In this document: positions 38,269-46,583 of the stretch, piece by piece
Layout of the letters: every line of letters begins with the position of its first letter
Numbering within the stretch: position 1 is the stretch's first letter
Assembly: GCA_964460615.1 (NCBI GenBank)
Contig: CAYWPX010000011.1
Coordinates: 1 to 56,215 of the forward strand
Direction: 5' to 3'
Length of the DNA stretch: 56,215 nt
Source: an uncultured Planctomycetia bacterium
GTDB lineage: Bacteria > Omnitrophota > Gorgyraeia > CAYWPX01
Translations under genes and position numbers: made by a program
The notes under the pieces: generated by a model
Told to the model about the DNA's origin: nothing
What the model saw: only the letters and a program-made list of their open reading frames with translations
Database searches by the model: none

Positions 38269-39255
38269 GTGGTAAAGATAATATTTGTATTATTTCTTAT
38301 TGGAATTTTATATTTTCAGTCGAATATCTCTTTTTGTTCGGCCGATCTTATCAGGACCAAGGATGGGGCTTCAGTAAGCGGAGTTGTGATAGAGGAGAAA
38401 CCGGATGAGGTGCTTTTCTGGACTACCCAAGGCGAAAAAGTAATTAAAAAGAGCGATATTGATAATATTGACTACAGTAGCGAAGAAGATAATATTATTT
38501 CTATGGCTGATGACGCAAAGGCCAAATCGGATTATGTGAAGGCATATTATCTTTATCAGAAGGTCTTCAGGCTTAACCTTAATTCAAAACCCGCCATAGA
38601 CGGTATGAAAGCTGTTCAGAAGTACCTCAATGTTCCCAAAGAAGGCGATGCAATAAGTACCTATAGTAACCGTTTTCAAGGCGCCGGCAATGATACGCTC
38701 ACTGACGACGAAGCTTTGTCGGATAACGCCAGCCAGACGGAGGATGTGCTTAATAAATTTGGGATCATTATAGGCGGATCCGACAACAAGACCTATTATT
38801 TAAAAACAAAGGTTCTGGATGTCAGGCCGGATTCGCGTGGCGCTAAGGCAGGAGTACAAATAAATGATTATGTTGTAGGAGTAGGGACTACCCCTACCGA
38901 TTATCTGGGGCTTTTTGGAACGGTAAGCCTCATGCTTGACCAGGATAAGGGGAAATTAGATATTACATTAGAGCGCGAAGTCCAGATCTGGTTTAGCGGC
39001 TCCGGCAGATTGAAAGATTATTCAGAGTTTAGTCCTAAAGGTTTTACGCTTGAAAAAGCCGGGAAAGGTTTTGTGGTCGGGAGTATTGATCAGAGCTCAG
39101 CTGCCTACAGAACTGGCCTAAGAGACGGCGATGTTATTGTCTCAATTGATAATAATTTTGTAATATCATTGTCTAAAGAAGAAGTTTTTGGTCTGATAGA
39201 TAAGAATGGGCTTGCTTATTCAACTGTAACAATAAGGCGCAAAGTTACCCTATAA
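38269..39255 (+). CDS. Secreted protein with two PDZ-like domains
   Basis: GTG start. Signal-like MVKIIFVLFLIGILYFQSNISFCSA. VLDVRPDSRGAKAGVQINDYVVGVG and VGSIDQSSAAYRTGLRDGDVIVSIDN. Confidence 0.6.
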   Translation: MVKIIFVLFLIGILYFQSNISFCSADLIRTKDGASVSGVVIEEKPDEVLFWTTQGEKVIKKSDIDNIDYSSEEDNIISMADDAKAKSDYVKAYYLYQKVFRLNLNSKPAIDGMKAVQKYLNVPKEGDAISTYSNRFQGAGNDTLTDDEALSDNASQTEDVLNKFGIIIGGSDNKTYYLKTKVLDVRPDSRGAKAGVQINDYVVGVGTTPTDYLGLFGTVSLMLDQDKGKLDITLEREVQIWFSGSGRLKDYSEFSPKGFTLEKAGKGFVVGSIDQSSAAYRTGLRDGDVIVSIDNNFVISLSKEEVFGLIDKNGLAYSTVTIRRKVTL

Positions 39256-39597
39256 ATTAATTTATTACGTTTAATACCTGAAGAATAGGAATGCTGTTTC
39301 TAAGGGCTTGCTAAGTGCGATTTGTCAAAGACTCTATTTTTAAAGCATCAATTTATATCTCTATTAGGTCGTCAAAGAACAATAGTCTGAAGCACTAATA
39401 ATTTTAAATTTATTCCCTGGCACAAAAATCCTTGAGGAAATTTTTTATAGATCGGATCCTTACGGATTTTATCGGCAGAATAGGGGTTTAATTCTTTAGG
39501 TTCTCACCATATAAAGATTTTTAAAAAACAGGCAGATTGATTTGGAAGGAAAGAGTCTCTTAATAATTCAATAATTGTTTTTTACTGGTTTGATTAA

Positions 39598-39632
39598 CCT
39601 TGGAGTGTCAATAAGTCCAAGGAATTTTTTTT
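39598..39632 (+). terminator. Intrinsic-terminator-like hairpin plus T8 tract, abutting the RBS of the next gene
   Basis: CCTTGGA (39598-39604) pairs with TCCAAGG (39616-39622), followed by TTTTTTTT at 39625-39632. AGGAG at 39633-39637 and ATG at 39645. Confidence 0.5.
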
Positions 39633-39644
39633 AGGAGTTCGTAA

Positions 39645-40379
39645 ATGCATAAGAAAATATTTGTATTAAGTATCAGTGTGCTTTTAGTTTTATGCGCTAT
39701 TTTCTATTTTAATAAAAGTAATGTCCCCGCGCCTAAGGAGAGTATTCCTAATATCTCAAGTATCTCAAGGCTTGGTGAGGAGATACTCTATGATATTGAG
39801 CTTAACAAAGTATTTATCGGGCAGGCAAAATTTACGCAGCTTCCCCCGGAAGAACTTGATGGCGCGATGGTAGACGTAGCTAAGTTTGAAACTAACATAG
39901 TTAGCTTTAGCGATGTGGAAAAAATATACAGCGACCCAAAAACCTTTCTTCCTCTTAGGGTTGAGCGCGAAGTAATACAATGGCCGATGAAAGAAAAGAT
40001 AATCGAGTACTATGACCAGAAAAATTTTAGTGTCAGGATAAAAAAAATAGAACCTCCCAATGGCGAGGATATCCTGATAAAAAGAGACAGCCCTTTGCAA
40101 CACGGCATATTGCTTCCTTTCTATCTGAGGAACATATCTGGGCTTAACATCGGATGGACTTTTTTGGCCAGGCTTCCGAAAGACGAATTTACCATTACCC
40201 TTATTTCCAAAGAGAAGATCAGGGTTCCAGCTGGCGAGTTTGATACATATCACTTCGAAAGTTCTCCAAAAAAATTTGAAGTATGGATCACAACGGATGA
40301 ATATAAAACGCCGGTTAAAATAAAAGGATCGGGCGTCTTTAACCACGTTCTTAATATGAAAAAACATACCATAAGATGA
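39645..40379 (+). CDS. DUF3108-like secreted/anchored protein
   Basis: N-terminal anchor IFVLSISVLLVLCAIFYF. EILYDIELNKVFIGQAKF.. and ..VPAGEFDTYHFES..FEVWITTDEYKTPVKIKG resemble the DUF3108 pattern. Confidence 0.55.
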   Translation: MHKKIFVLSISVLLVLCAIFYFNKSNVPAPKESIPNISSISRLGEEILYDIELNKVFIGQAKFTQLPPEELDGAMVDVAKFETNIVSFSDVEKIYSDPKTFLPLRVEREVIQWPMKEKIIEYYDQKNFSVRIKKIEPPNGEDILIKRDSPLQHGILLPFYLRNISGLNIGWTFLARLPKDEFTITLISKEKIRVPAGEFDTYHFESSPKKFEVWITTDEYKTPVKIKGSGVFNHVLNMKKHTIR

Positions 40380-40855
40380 AACATTTAATACTGGATGGAT
40401 ATAATGTTATTCACAAGATCCCCCGCTTAGGCCTGTTGGCTTCTAAAAGTCTGAGGGAAAGCAGAGAGGCTCTTTGTTTTTTTATCAATGAATGGAAAAG
40501 AGACGCTAGATATAAGGGCAGGGTTACGATTGTTTTTGACGGGCAAGACGATGCGGCACCAGGTTTTGAAAATGCCGCTATTTATGGCATAAATATTATC
40601 TATTCTAAGGGCAGTATAGATGCGGACAAAAAGATCATTTCTATGATAAAAAATTCTTCCAAGCCGTCTGATATTACGGTTATTTCGGATGATAACTATG
40701 TCAGAAATAATTCTAAGGCCCATGGCGCTAATGTTAATGGGGTAAAGTTTTTAATAGATGGTGCTCCCAGTAAAGAAGCAGGGCCGGATAAAGCAATAGA
40801 TCCCAAAGCGGAATCGGAAATAAATGAGTATCTTAAAAAGATCTGGAAAATTTAG
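40376..40855 (+). CDS. NYN-domain YacP/Rae1-like putative ribonuclease
   Basis: HLILDGYNVIHKIPRL.. and VTIVFDG.. as in the YacP family. ATGA overlap with the upstream gene. Confidence 0.65.
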   Translation: MKHLILDGYNVIHKIPRLGLLASKSLRESREALCFFINEWKRDARYKGRVTIVFDGQDDAAPGFENAAIYGINIIYSKGSIDADKKIISMIKNSSKPSDITVISDDNYVRNNSKAHGANVNGVKFLIDGAPSKEAGPDKAIDPKAESEINEYLKKIWKI

Positions 40856-40856
40856 C

Positions 40857-41360
40857 ATGGCAGGGATTGCCAGGGTACTTGTATCGGTTTGGGTAGTTAT
40901 TTGCCTAAAAGAAGGTATGGTTTGGGCGGGTGCTAAGCCTGATAGCGGTGCAGCAAAAGAGTGCATATCCTTTGTGAATATGCTTGAATCAGAGAAGATG
41001 ATGTTATTTGATAAAGTAAATAAAAATAAGCTGATCAGGCAATTTATGAAGACCAAAAACCTGGTTGATAGATTTGACAAAAATTACTATATGGATCTGG
41101 CCGGGGTAACAAGAATACCGGTGCTTGAGACTGAAAGTATGCTAAAGAGCAGTACCTCACGGGAAGATTTTATTTTGAAGTCCGAAAAAAGGCTTAATAG
41201 GAAGTTAAAACCAGATCAGATCCAAAAAATGGAAGCGCTTAGGTCCAAGAGGAAGGATATGATCCTCCCGTATTGGAAGAGCTTCTCGGTGAAGGCTTCC
41301 AAAGCTTATAATATTGATTATCAGGATATTATGAAAGTGGTAGAAAAATTGGAATTTTGA
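40857..41360 (+). CDS. Hypothetical secreted protein
   Basis: The ATG at 40857 gives MAGIARVLVSVWVVICLKEGMVWAGA (signal-like). The track start at 40824 overlaps the upstream gene. Confidence 0.45.
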   Translation: MAGIARVLVSVWVVICLKEGMVWAGAKPDSGAAKECISFVNMLESEKMMLFDKVNKNKLIRQFMKTKNLVDRFDKNYYMDLAGVTRIPVLETESMLKSSTSREDFILKSEKRLNRKLKPDQIQKMEALRSKRKDMILPYWKSFSVKASKAYNIDYQDIMKVVEKLEF

Positions 41361-41479
41361 TCTATGTTCCGTCATTCTCTAAAATTATCTTGCGATTTAA
41401 GAATATATGGTTTAGAATTTATGTTAGGAAGCCTATAAAACTAAATATTCAGATTTCTTTTTAACCCCAGGGTTTTATA

Positions 41480-43489
41480 ATGGAAAAAAGTAAATTAGTT
41501 TCGGAATTTTTATCGTTAGTTGACGTAGATAACTTTGATGATGTTTATTCAAAAGATATTTTCGAGGACAATTTTTTTGGTATGCCTTTAGGGCTTATTG
41601 TGGATGCCGAAAAGCGCCTCAGATCCTCCCACGAAAGGCACATAGCCTATTTTTCTATGGAATATGGTTTGGGGTCGGGTTTTTATAATAGGTTTAAGTC
41701 CAACCGCCAAATCTCATCTAATAACAATGCCTTTGAGAACGAGATCTTTTCCAACCAAAGGTTCATTGACTATTATTTTACGATAAAGATCGGCGATTTG
41801 ATAGGTCTTCCGATCTATAGCGGCGGTTTGGGGGTGCTTGCAGGGGATACGGTCAAAACAATGGCCGATTATAAGCTTCCGGCAGTCTGCTTGGGGATGC
41901 TGTGGAAATCCGGATATTTCAGGCAAAAATTCTGGTTCAAATACGGGCAGGTTCCCGAAGAGATGAATTGGGACCAATACACGTATCCCGGCTTAATACC
42001 TTTAAAGAATAAGATCAAGATCTCTTTAAAAAATGAAGACATATATCTAAAGATATGGAAATACTATGTGTATAGCTACAAGCATGACGGAGTTGTCCCT
42101 CTTATATTGCTTGATTCTGATGTCGAAGAGAACAATGAGAAAAACCGCACCCTCACCAATCAGCTCTATAAAAGCGATAATGCCTGGATCAAGGCGATGC
42201 AGAGGATAATTCTCGGTATGGGCGGGGCACTTGCCTTAAAGGAGCTTGGGTATAATATAGATATATATCATCTGAACGAAGGCCATGCGGTTTTCGCATT
42301 TTTGGGCAAGGCGAGAGAATGGGGTTTTAAGAATATCGAAGAGCTTAAGAAACATTTTGTCTATACCTGCCATACGCCGGTTGAGGCGGGCCATGATAAA
42401 TTTACTCAAAGCGAATTAAAAAAGATCTTCGACGAAGAAGATCTTTCCCTTTTAGAAAAGTACGGTAAGGATTCCCAGCATACGATAAATCTAACTTTAC
42501 TTGCCATGAATGTTTCTTCCATAATAAATGCAGTATCATTAAATCACCAGAAGGTAATGCATATACAGTTCCCAAAATATAAAGATAGAATAAAATTTGT
42601 TACAAATGGAGTCCATCCTTACACCTGGATCACAGAGCCATTTATGGAATTGTACAATAAGTTTCCTCAGGTTTTTGAGGATGTAAGATCAAACCCGATG
42701 GTTTTAAAAAGAGCTGAGGAGCTGAGGCCGAGCCGTGAATTCAGGAGCAAATTATGGCAGACTCACCAGGTTAATAAGGCCAACCTTTGCGGTCTATTGG
42801 ATAAATGGAGATTCAACAAAGATGTTTTTACTATCTGTTGGGCAAGGCGCGTGGCTGCATATAAACGGCCGAGCCTTATATTAAGCGACGTTAATAGATT
42901 GATAGATATCTCAAAAAAGATAGGCCCCATACAGATAATCTTTGCAGGGAAAGCGCACCCGGCGGATAATCTCGGATTTACTTATATAAATGAGATGCTT
43001 GATAAGGTCGATTCACTCAGCGATGTTTACGATAATTTGAAGATCGCGATCCTGGAAAATTATAATATGAGCCTGGCGAGGATCCTTGCTTCAAGCGTAG
43101 ACGTTTGGCTCAATAATCCCCTGCCTCCGTTTGAGGCATCAGGCACCAGCGGTATGAAAGCTTTGCTTAACGGAGTAATACAGTTCAGTACTTTTGACGG
43201 ATGGGTCGCTGAAGGCGCTTCCAAAAAAATAGGCACGATTTTCGGATATAGAAATGAAGAAGGCCAGATCGGAGATGAGCGTAATCTTCACATAGAAGAA
43301 GATTCGATAAAGCTTTATGATGCCTTGGAAGAGATGGCAAGGCTCTATTATGCAACTAATGACCTTGGCAAGGTGGACCTAAATTCAAAGTGGATTGATA
43401 CAATGATAAATTGCATCATTGCGGGAAGTTATTTCAATACCTACAGAATGCTTGATGAATATAAAAGCGATATCTGGAAGCTAGCTTAG
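41480..43489 (+). CDS. Alpha-glucan phosphorylase, short GT35 type
   Basis: 669 aa. YFSMEYGL, GGLGVLAGD, LNEGHA, EASGTSGMKALLNG (PLP-Lys motif). Confidence 0.9.
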   Translation: MEKSKLVSEFLSLVDVDNFDDVYSKDIFEDNFFGMPLGLIVDAEKRLRSSHERHIAYFSMEYGLGSGFYNRFKSNRQISSNNNAFENEIFSNQRFIDYYFTIKIGDLIGLPIYSGGLGVLAGDTVKTMADYKLPAVCLGMLWKSGYFRQKFWFKYGQVPEEMNWDQYTYPGLIPLKNKIKISLKNEDIYLKIWKYYVYSYKHDGVVPLILLDSDVEENNEKNRTLTNQLYKSDNAWIKAMQRIILGMGGALALKELGYNIDIYHLNEGHAVFAFLGKAREWGFKNIEELKKHFVYTCHTPVEAGHDKFTQSELKKIFDEEDLSLLEKYGKDSQHTINLTLLAMNVSSIINAVSLNHQKVMHIQFPKYKDRIKFVTNGVHPYTWITEPFMELYNKFPQVFEDVRSNPMVLKRAEELRPSREFRSKLWQTHQVNKANLCGLLDKWRFNKDVFTICWARRVAAYKRPSLILSDVNRLIDISKKIGPIQIIFAGKAHPADNLGFTYINEMLDKVDSLSDVYDNLKIAILENYNMSLARILASSVDVWLNNPLPPFEASGTSGMKALLNGVIQFSTFDGWVAEGASKKIGTIFGYRNEEGQIGDERNLHIEEDSIKLYDALEEMARLYYATNDLGKVDLNSKWIDTMINCIIAGSYFNTYRMLDEYKSDIWKLA

Positions 43490-43565
43490 TTATTGCTATA
43501 ATTGCAGATTAAGGGTATACTGGCTAATAACATAAATTGATTTTTTGTAGAGGAAAAACTATAGA

Positions 43566-43937
43566 ATGGACAGGAAGAGAATACTTATTGTAGATGATGA
43601 GCCTGACTTAGTAGAGATCATCAAAAAACGCCTTGAGATGAACAACTATAAAGTTGTTGTTGCTTATAATGGCTTGGAAGGGCTTAACAAGGCTCGTACT
43701 GAAAAGCCGGACCTTATTATTCTAGACCTTATGCTTCCAGAGATAAATGGATTTGAGGTGTGTCGGCTCTTAAAATACGACGATAAATTTAAGTGCATCC
43801 CGATCATCATACTAAGTGTCAGAGAACAGGAAAAAGATATGAAGTTAGGGAAAGAGGTTGGAAGCGACGCCTATCTAACCAAGCCTTTTGACCCTGGTGT
43901 GCTTCTTGAGAAAATCGAATCCCTGATCCAAAAATGA
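43566..43937 (+). CDS. Stand-alone CheY-like receiver protein
   Basis: RILIVDDEPDL..PDLIILDLMLPEINGFEV..ILS..GSDAYLTKPF. 123 aa. Confidence 0.9.
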   Translation: MDRKRILIVDDEPDLVEIIKKRLEMNNYKVVVAYNGLEGLNKARTEKPDLIILDLMLPEINGFEVCRLLKYDDKFKCIPIIILSVREQEKDMKLGKEVGSDAYLTKPFDPGVLLEKIESLIQK

Positions 43938-43951
43938 TAAATTTTGATCAA

Positions 43952-43986
43952 AAGGCCCTCTTTGTTAAAGGGGGCCTTTTGTTTTT
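43952..43986 (+). terminator. Rho-independent terminator
   Basis: AAGGCCCTCTTT pairs with AAAGGGGGCCTT (12 bp with one G-U), followed by TTTTGTTTTT. Confidence 0.85.
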
Positions 43987-44202
43987 ATTCTATTATCTGC
44001 TTGCTTTAAATATCCGAAGGTATTAAAGCGGTGACGAAGCTTTAGCTCTCTTTAAAAAAATGCCATCGGCCGGTTTCAAGAAAAAAGCAATCTAATTTCA
44101 CAAATATTTTTCGGACAGCTCCCATGCCTTTGAGTTTCCTTGTGGAATAGAGATCATAAAAATGTCGAATAAAAAAGCTTAATTCATGAGGCAAGATAAT
44201 TG

Positions 44203-44231
44203 TTGACTAAACTTGATTAATAAGGTATTAT
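44203..44231 (+). promoter_or_regulatory. Candidate sigma70-type promoter (TTGACT, 17 nt spacer, TATTAT)
   Basis: TTGACT at 44203-44208 and TATTAT at 44226-44231. Lies about 20-60 nt upstream of the permease start candidates. Confidence 0.45.
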
Positions 44232-44252
44232 TATTAGGTCTTCCGGTAGTGT

Positions 44253-46295
44253 ATGCTGGAAGACTTTTTTATTTTCAGAAAGGTTCTATTGATGAACGGC
44301 GAAAAAGAGACGATTTATAAGAAGATCAAGGATCTGGTTATCGGAAAGGCAAGGAATCCGGAAGATCCTAAGCTTTTTCATAAGCTTTCTTTAATAGCGT
44401 TTTTTGCATGGGTAGGGTTCGGGTCGGATGGGATATCGTCAAGCTGTTATGGCCCCGAAGAAGCCTTTTTGGCTTTGGGCAGCCATATGTTTTTGGGTAT
44501 TTTTGTAGCAATTTTGACAGCTATAACTATTTTTGCAATAAGTTCTAGTTATCAACAGATAATTGAGTTATTTCCATCAGGCGGAGGAGGGTATCTCGTA
44601 GCCAGCAAGCTCCTTTCCCCAAATATAGGCATGGTCTCAGGTTGCGCGCTTTTGATAGACTATGTTCTTACCATTACCATTTCAATAGCAAGCGGCGCTG
44701 ATGCGTTATTTAGTTTTTTGCCCCCGGAATTTTATTCGTATAAAATTATTTTTGCTATATTGGGAATAGCAATCCTTACGGTATTGAATATGAGAGGGGT
44801 AAAAGAGTCTGTGATCCCGTTAGTCCCTATTTTTCTTGCATTTATTATTACACATGCTTTCGCAATATTATATGTTTTCTTTACGCATGCATCGGATTTT
44901 CAGGGGCTTGCTTCTAATACAATAAACGATGCCAAATTAGCCTCAAATGAACTCGGCCTGTTCGGAATGATATTTCTAGTTCTTAAGGCTTACAGTATGG
45001 GTGCCGGAACTTTTACAGGGATAGAGGCAGTAAGTAACGGGATACCTATTCTTAGAGAACCAAGGGTCCAGACTGCCAAAAAGACAATGCGGTATATGAG
45101 TATATCCCTTGCTTTTATGGCGGCGGGACTTATGATAGGGTATTTATTATTCAGGGTTACCCCTATCCACGGCAAGACACTTAATGCGATATTCTTTGAA
45201 AACGTTACAGCTAATTGGGTAGCTCCCTGGAATTATTTATTCATATTTTTAGCGCTCTTATCGGAGTCGGTGCTTTTGTTTTTTGCGGCACAGACAGGGT
45301 TTTTCGGAGGGCCGAGGGTTCTGGCGAATATGGCTCAGGACAGATGGTTCCCTTCAAGATTCGCGATCTTGAGCGAGCGGTTTGTTATACATAACGGCAT
45401 CCTCCTAATGGGAATAGCGGCGCTTGTTATAATGATAGGGAGCAAGGGTTCGGTAAAATTCCTAGTCATTCTTTACAGTATAAACGTTTTTATAACATTT
45501 TTATTGTCACAACTAGGTATGGTGAGGTATTGGTGGGATTCAAGAAAAAAAATTAGTCAGTGGAAAAGGAAAATTTTTGTAAGCGGGACAGGCCTTACTC
45601 TGACAGCTTTTATTTTATTTTCAGTTATAATATTAAAGTTTCACGAAGGCGGATGGATAACGATATTTATCACAAGCATCCTGATCCTTTTGGCGATACT
45701 GGTGAAAAGACATTATAATTCGACCTTCAAACTCTTTAAAAGGCTTGATAATCTGATAAGCGTTACTGACGACGCTATAAAGCAGTTCGATAAAGATAAC
45801 TCAAAAAAAGCTTTTTATCCTCCTCAGCCTGACCTCAGCGCAAAGACGGCGGTCATATTGATAAGCGGTTACAATGGGCCGGGGCTCCATACATTATTCA
45901 ATGTATTGAGGCTATTCGGCGGGAATTTCAAGAATTTTATTTTTGTCCATGTGGGCGTCATGGATGCAGGGAACTTTAAAGGTAAGGAAGAGATCGAGAG
46001 TTTAAAAGTCCACGTAGACAGTGAACTGGCAAAATACATAAAATTTATGCATAGCCAGGGATACTATGCAGAGGCCCTTTCAGGTATAGGCACTGATGTA
46101 GTGGAGGAGACCACAGGTATCGCCTATCAGATATTTGAGAGATTCCCGAATGCGGTGTTTTTCGGAGGTCAGGTGGTTTTTCCTAAAGATACCTTCTTTA
46201 CAAGATTCCTTCATAACTATACTACATTTGCGATCCAGAGAAAGCTTTATCAGGAGGGGATACCGTTCCTCCTTATGCCTCTGAGGGTAAGTTAA
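44253..46295 (+). CDS. APC-superfamily permease with ~200-aa cytoplasmic C-terminal domain (start may be 44292)
   Basis: About 12 TM segments. N-terminal ..AWVGFGSDGISSSCYGPEEAF.. is typical of an APC subfamily. MNGEKE at 44292 has AGAAAGG upstream. Confidence 0.7.
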   Translation: MLEDFFIFRKVLLMNGEKETIYKKIKDLVIGKARNPEDPKLFHKLSLIAFFAWVGFGSDGISSSCYGPEEAFLALGSHMFLGIFVAILTAITIFAISSSYQQIIELFPSGGGGYLVASKLLSPNIGMVSGCALLIDYVLTITISIASGADALFSFLPPEFYSYKIIFAILGIAILTVLNMRGVKESVIPLVPIFLAFIITHAFAILYVFFTHASDFQGLASNTINDAKLASNELGLFGMIFLVLKAYSMGAGTFTGIEAVSNGIPILREPRVQTAKKTMRYMSISLAFMAAGLMIGYLLFRVTPIHGKTLNAIFFENVTANWVAPWNYLFIFLALLSESVLLFFAAQTGFFGGPRVLANMAQDRWFPSRFAILSERFVIHNGILLMGIAALVIMIGSKGSVKFLVILYSINVFITFLLSQLGMVRYWWDSRKKISQWKRKIFVSGTGLTLTAFILFSVIILKFHEGGWITIFITSILILLAILVKRHYNSTFKLFKRLDNLISVTDDAIKQFDKDNSKKAFYPPQPDLSAKTAVILISGYNGPGLHTLFNVLRLFGGNFKNFIFVHVGVMDAGNFKGKEEIESLKVHVDSELAKYIKFMHSQGYYAEALSGIGTDVVEETTGIAYQIFERFPNAVFFGGQVVFPKDTFFTRFLHNYTTFAIQRKLYQEGIPFLLMPLRVS

Positions 46296-46406
46296 TTTTT
46301 TTTAGGTTAAATGATTAGGTAATTGTCATTATTAATTTTTTGATATATAATATCTGAAAAGGGCAACGATCAGATATGTATACAAACATTTTTTTAAATA
46401 ATTTTT

Positions 46407-46438
46407 CCCAAACAAATTTTTTGTTTGGGATTTTTTTT
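46407..46438 (+). terminator. Rho-independent terminator
   Basis: CCCAAACAA (46407-46415) pairs with TTGTTTGGG (46421-46429), followed by A + T8. Confidence 0.8.
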
Positions 46439-46441
46439 ACC

Positions 46442-46564
46442 CAGATTTTGTTTGCTCCGCCTCATGGCAGAGCAGGCAAAATCTGCCCAAAGGGCCGCCT
46501 AGGTTAAATCTCGAAGAGATTTAACTTGCATAGGCGGGGTACCCAGATTCTTGAAAAGAATCTG
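46442..46564 (+). ncRNA. Candidate structured cis-regulatory RNA leader, copy A (three hairpins), upstream of the TolC-like gene
   Basis: H1: 46442-46457 pairs with 46470-46485 (16 bp including 2 G-U, 12-nt loop). Conserved junction CCCAAAGGG. H2: CCGCCTA (46495-46501) pairs with TAGGCGG (46531-46537), enclosing GTTAAATCTC-GAA-GAGATTTAAC. Then GGTA. H3: CAGATTCTT-GAAA-AGAATCTG (46544-46564). Homologous to 52989-53108. Confidence 0.55.
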
Positions 46565-46583
46565 TTCCCTATGAAAATATAAA

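Noticed and set aside
39765-40367. 200-aa - strand ORF opposite the DUF3108-like gene
   Set aside because: The + strand product has an RBS (AGGAG), a signal anchor and family-like motifs. The - strand product is Phe/Lys/Arg/Tyr-rich, typical of antisense translation of AT-rich coding DNA.
46442-46564. Possible identity of the RNA leaders with the c-di-GMP-I (GEMM) riboswitch, prompted by GCAAAA and TAGCGGGGTA strings reminiscent of Vc2 (..GCAAAG.. and ..GUAGCGGGGUUACC..)
   Set aside because: The strings sit in different structural contexts. GCAAAA here is the 3' arm of H1, not the start of a hairpin. The conserved GACGCAAAGC segment and the tetraloop-receptor arrangement are not evident. The motif is left unclassified pending cmscan.
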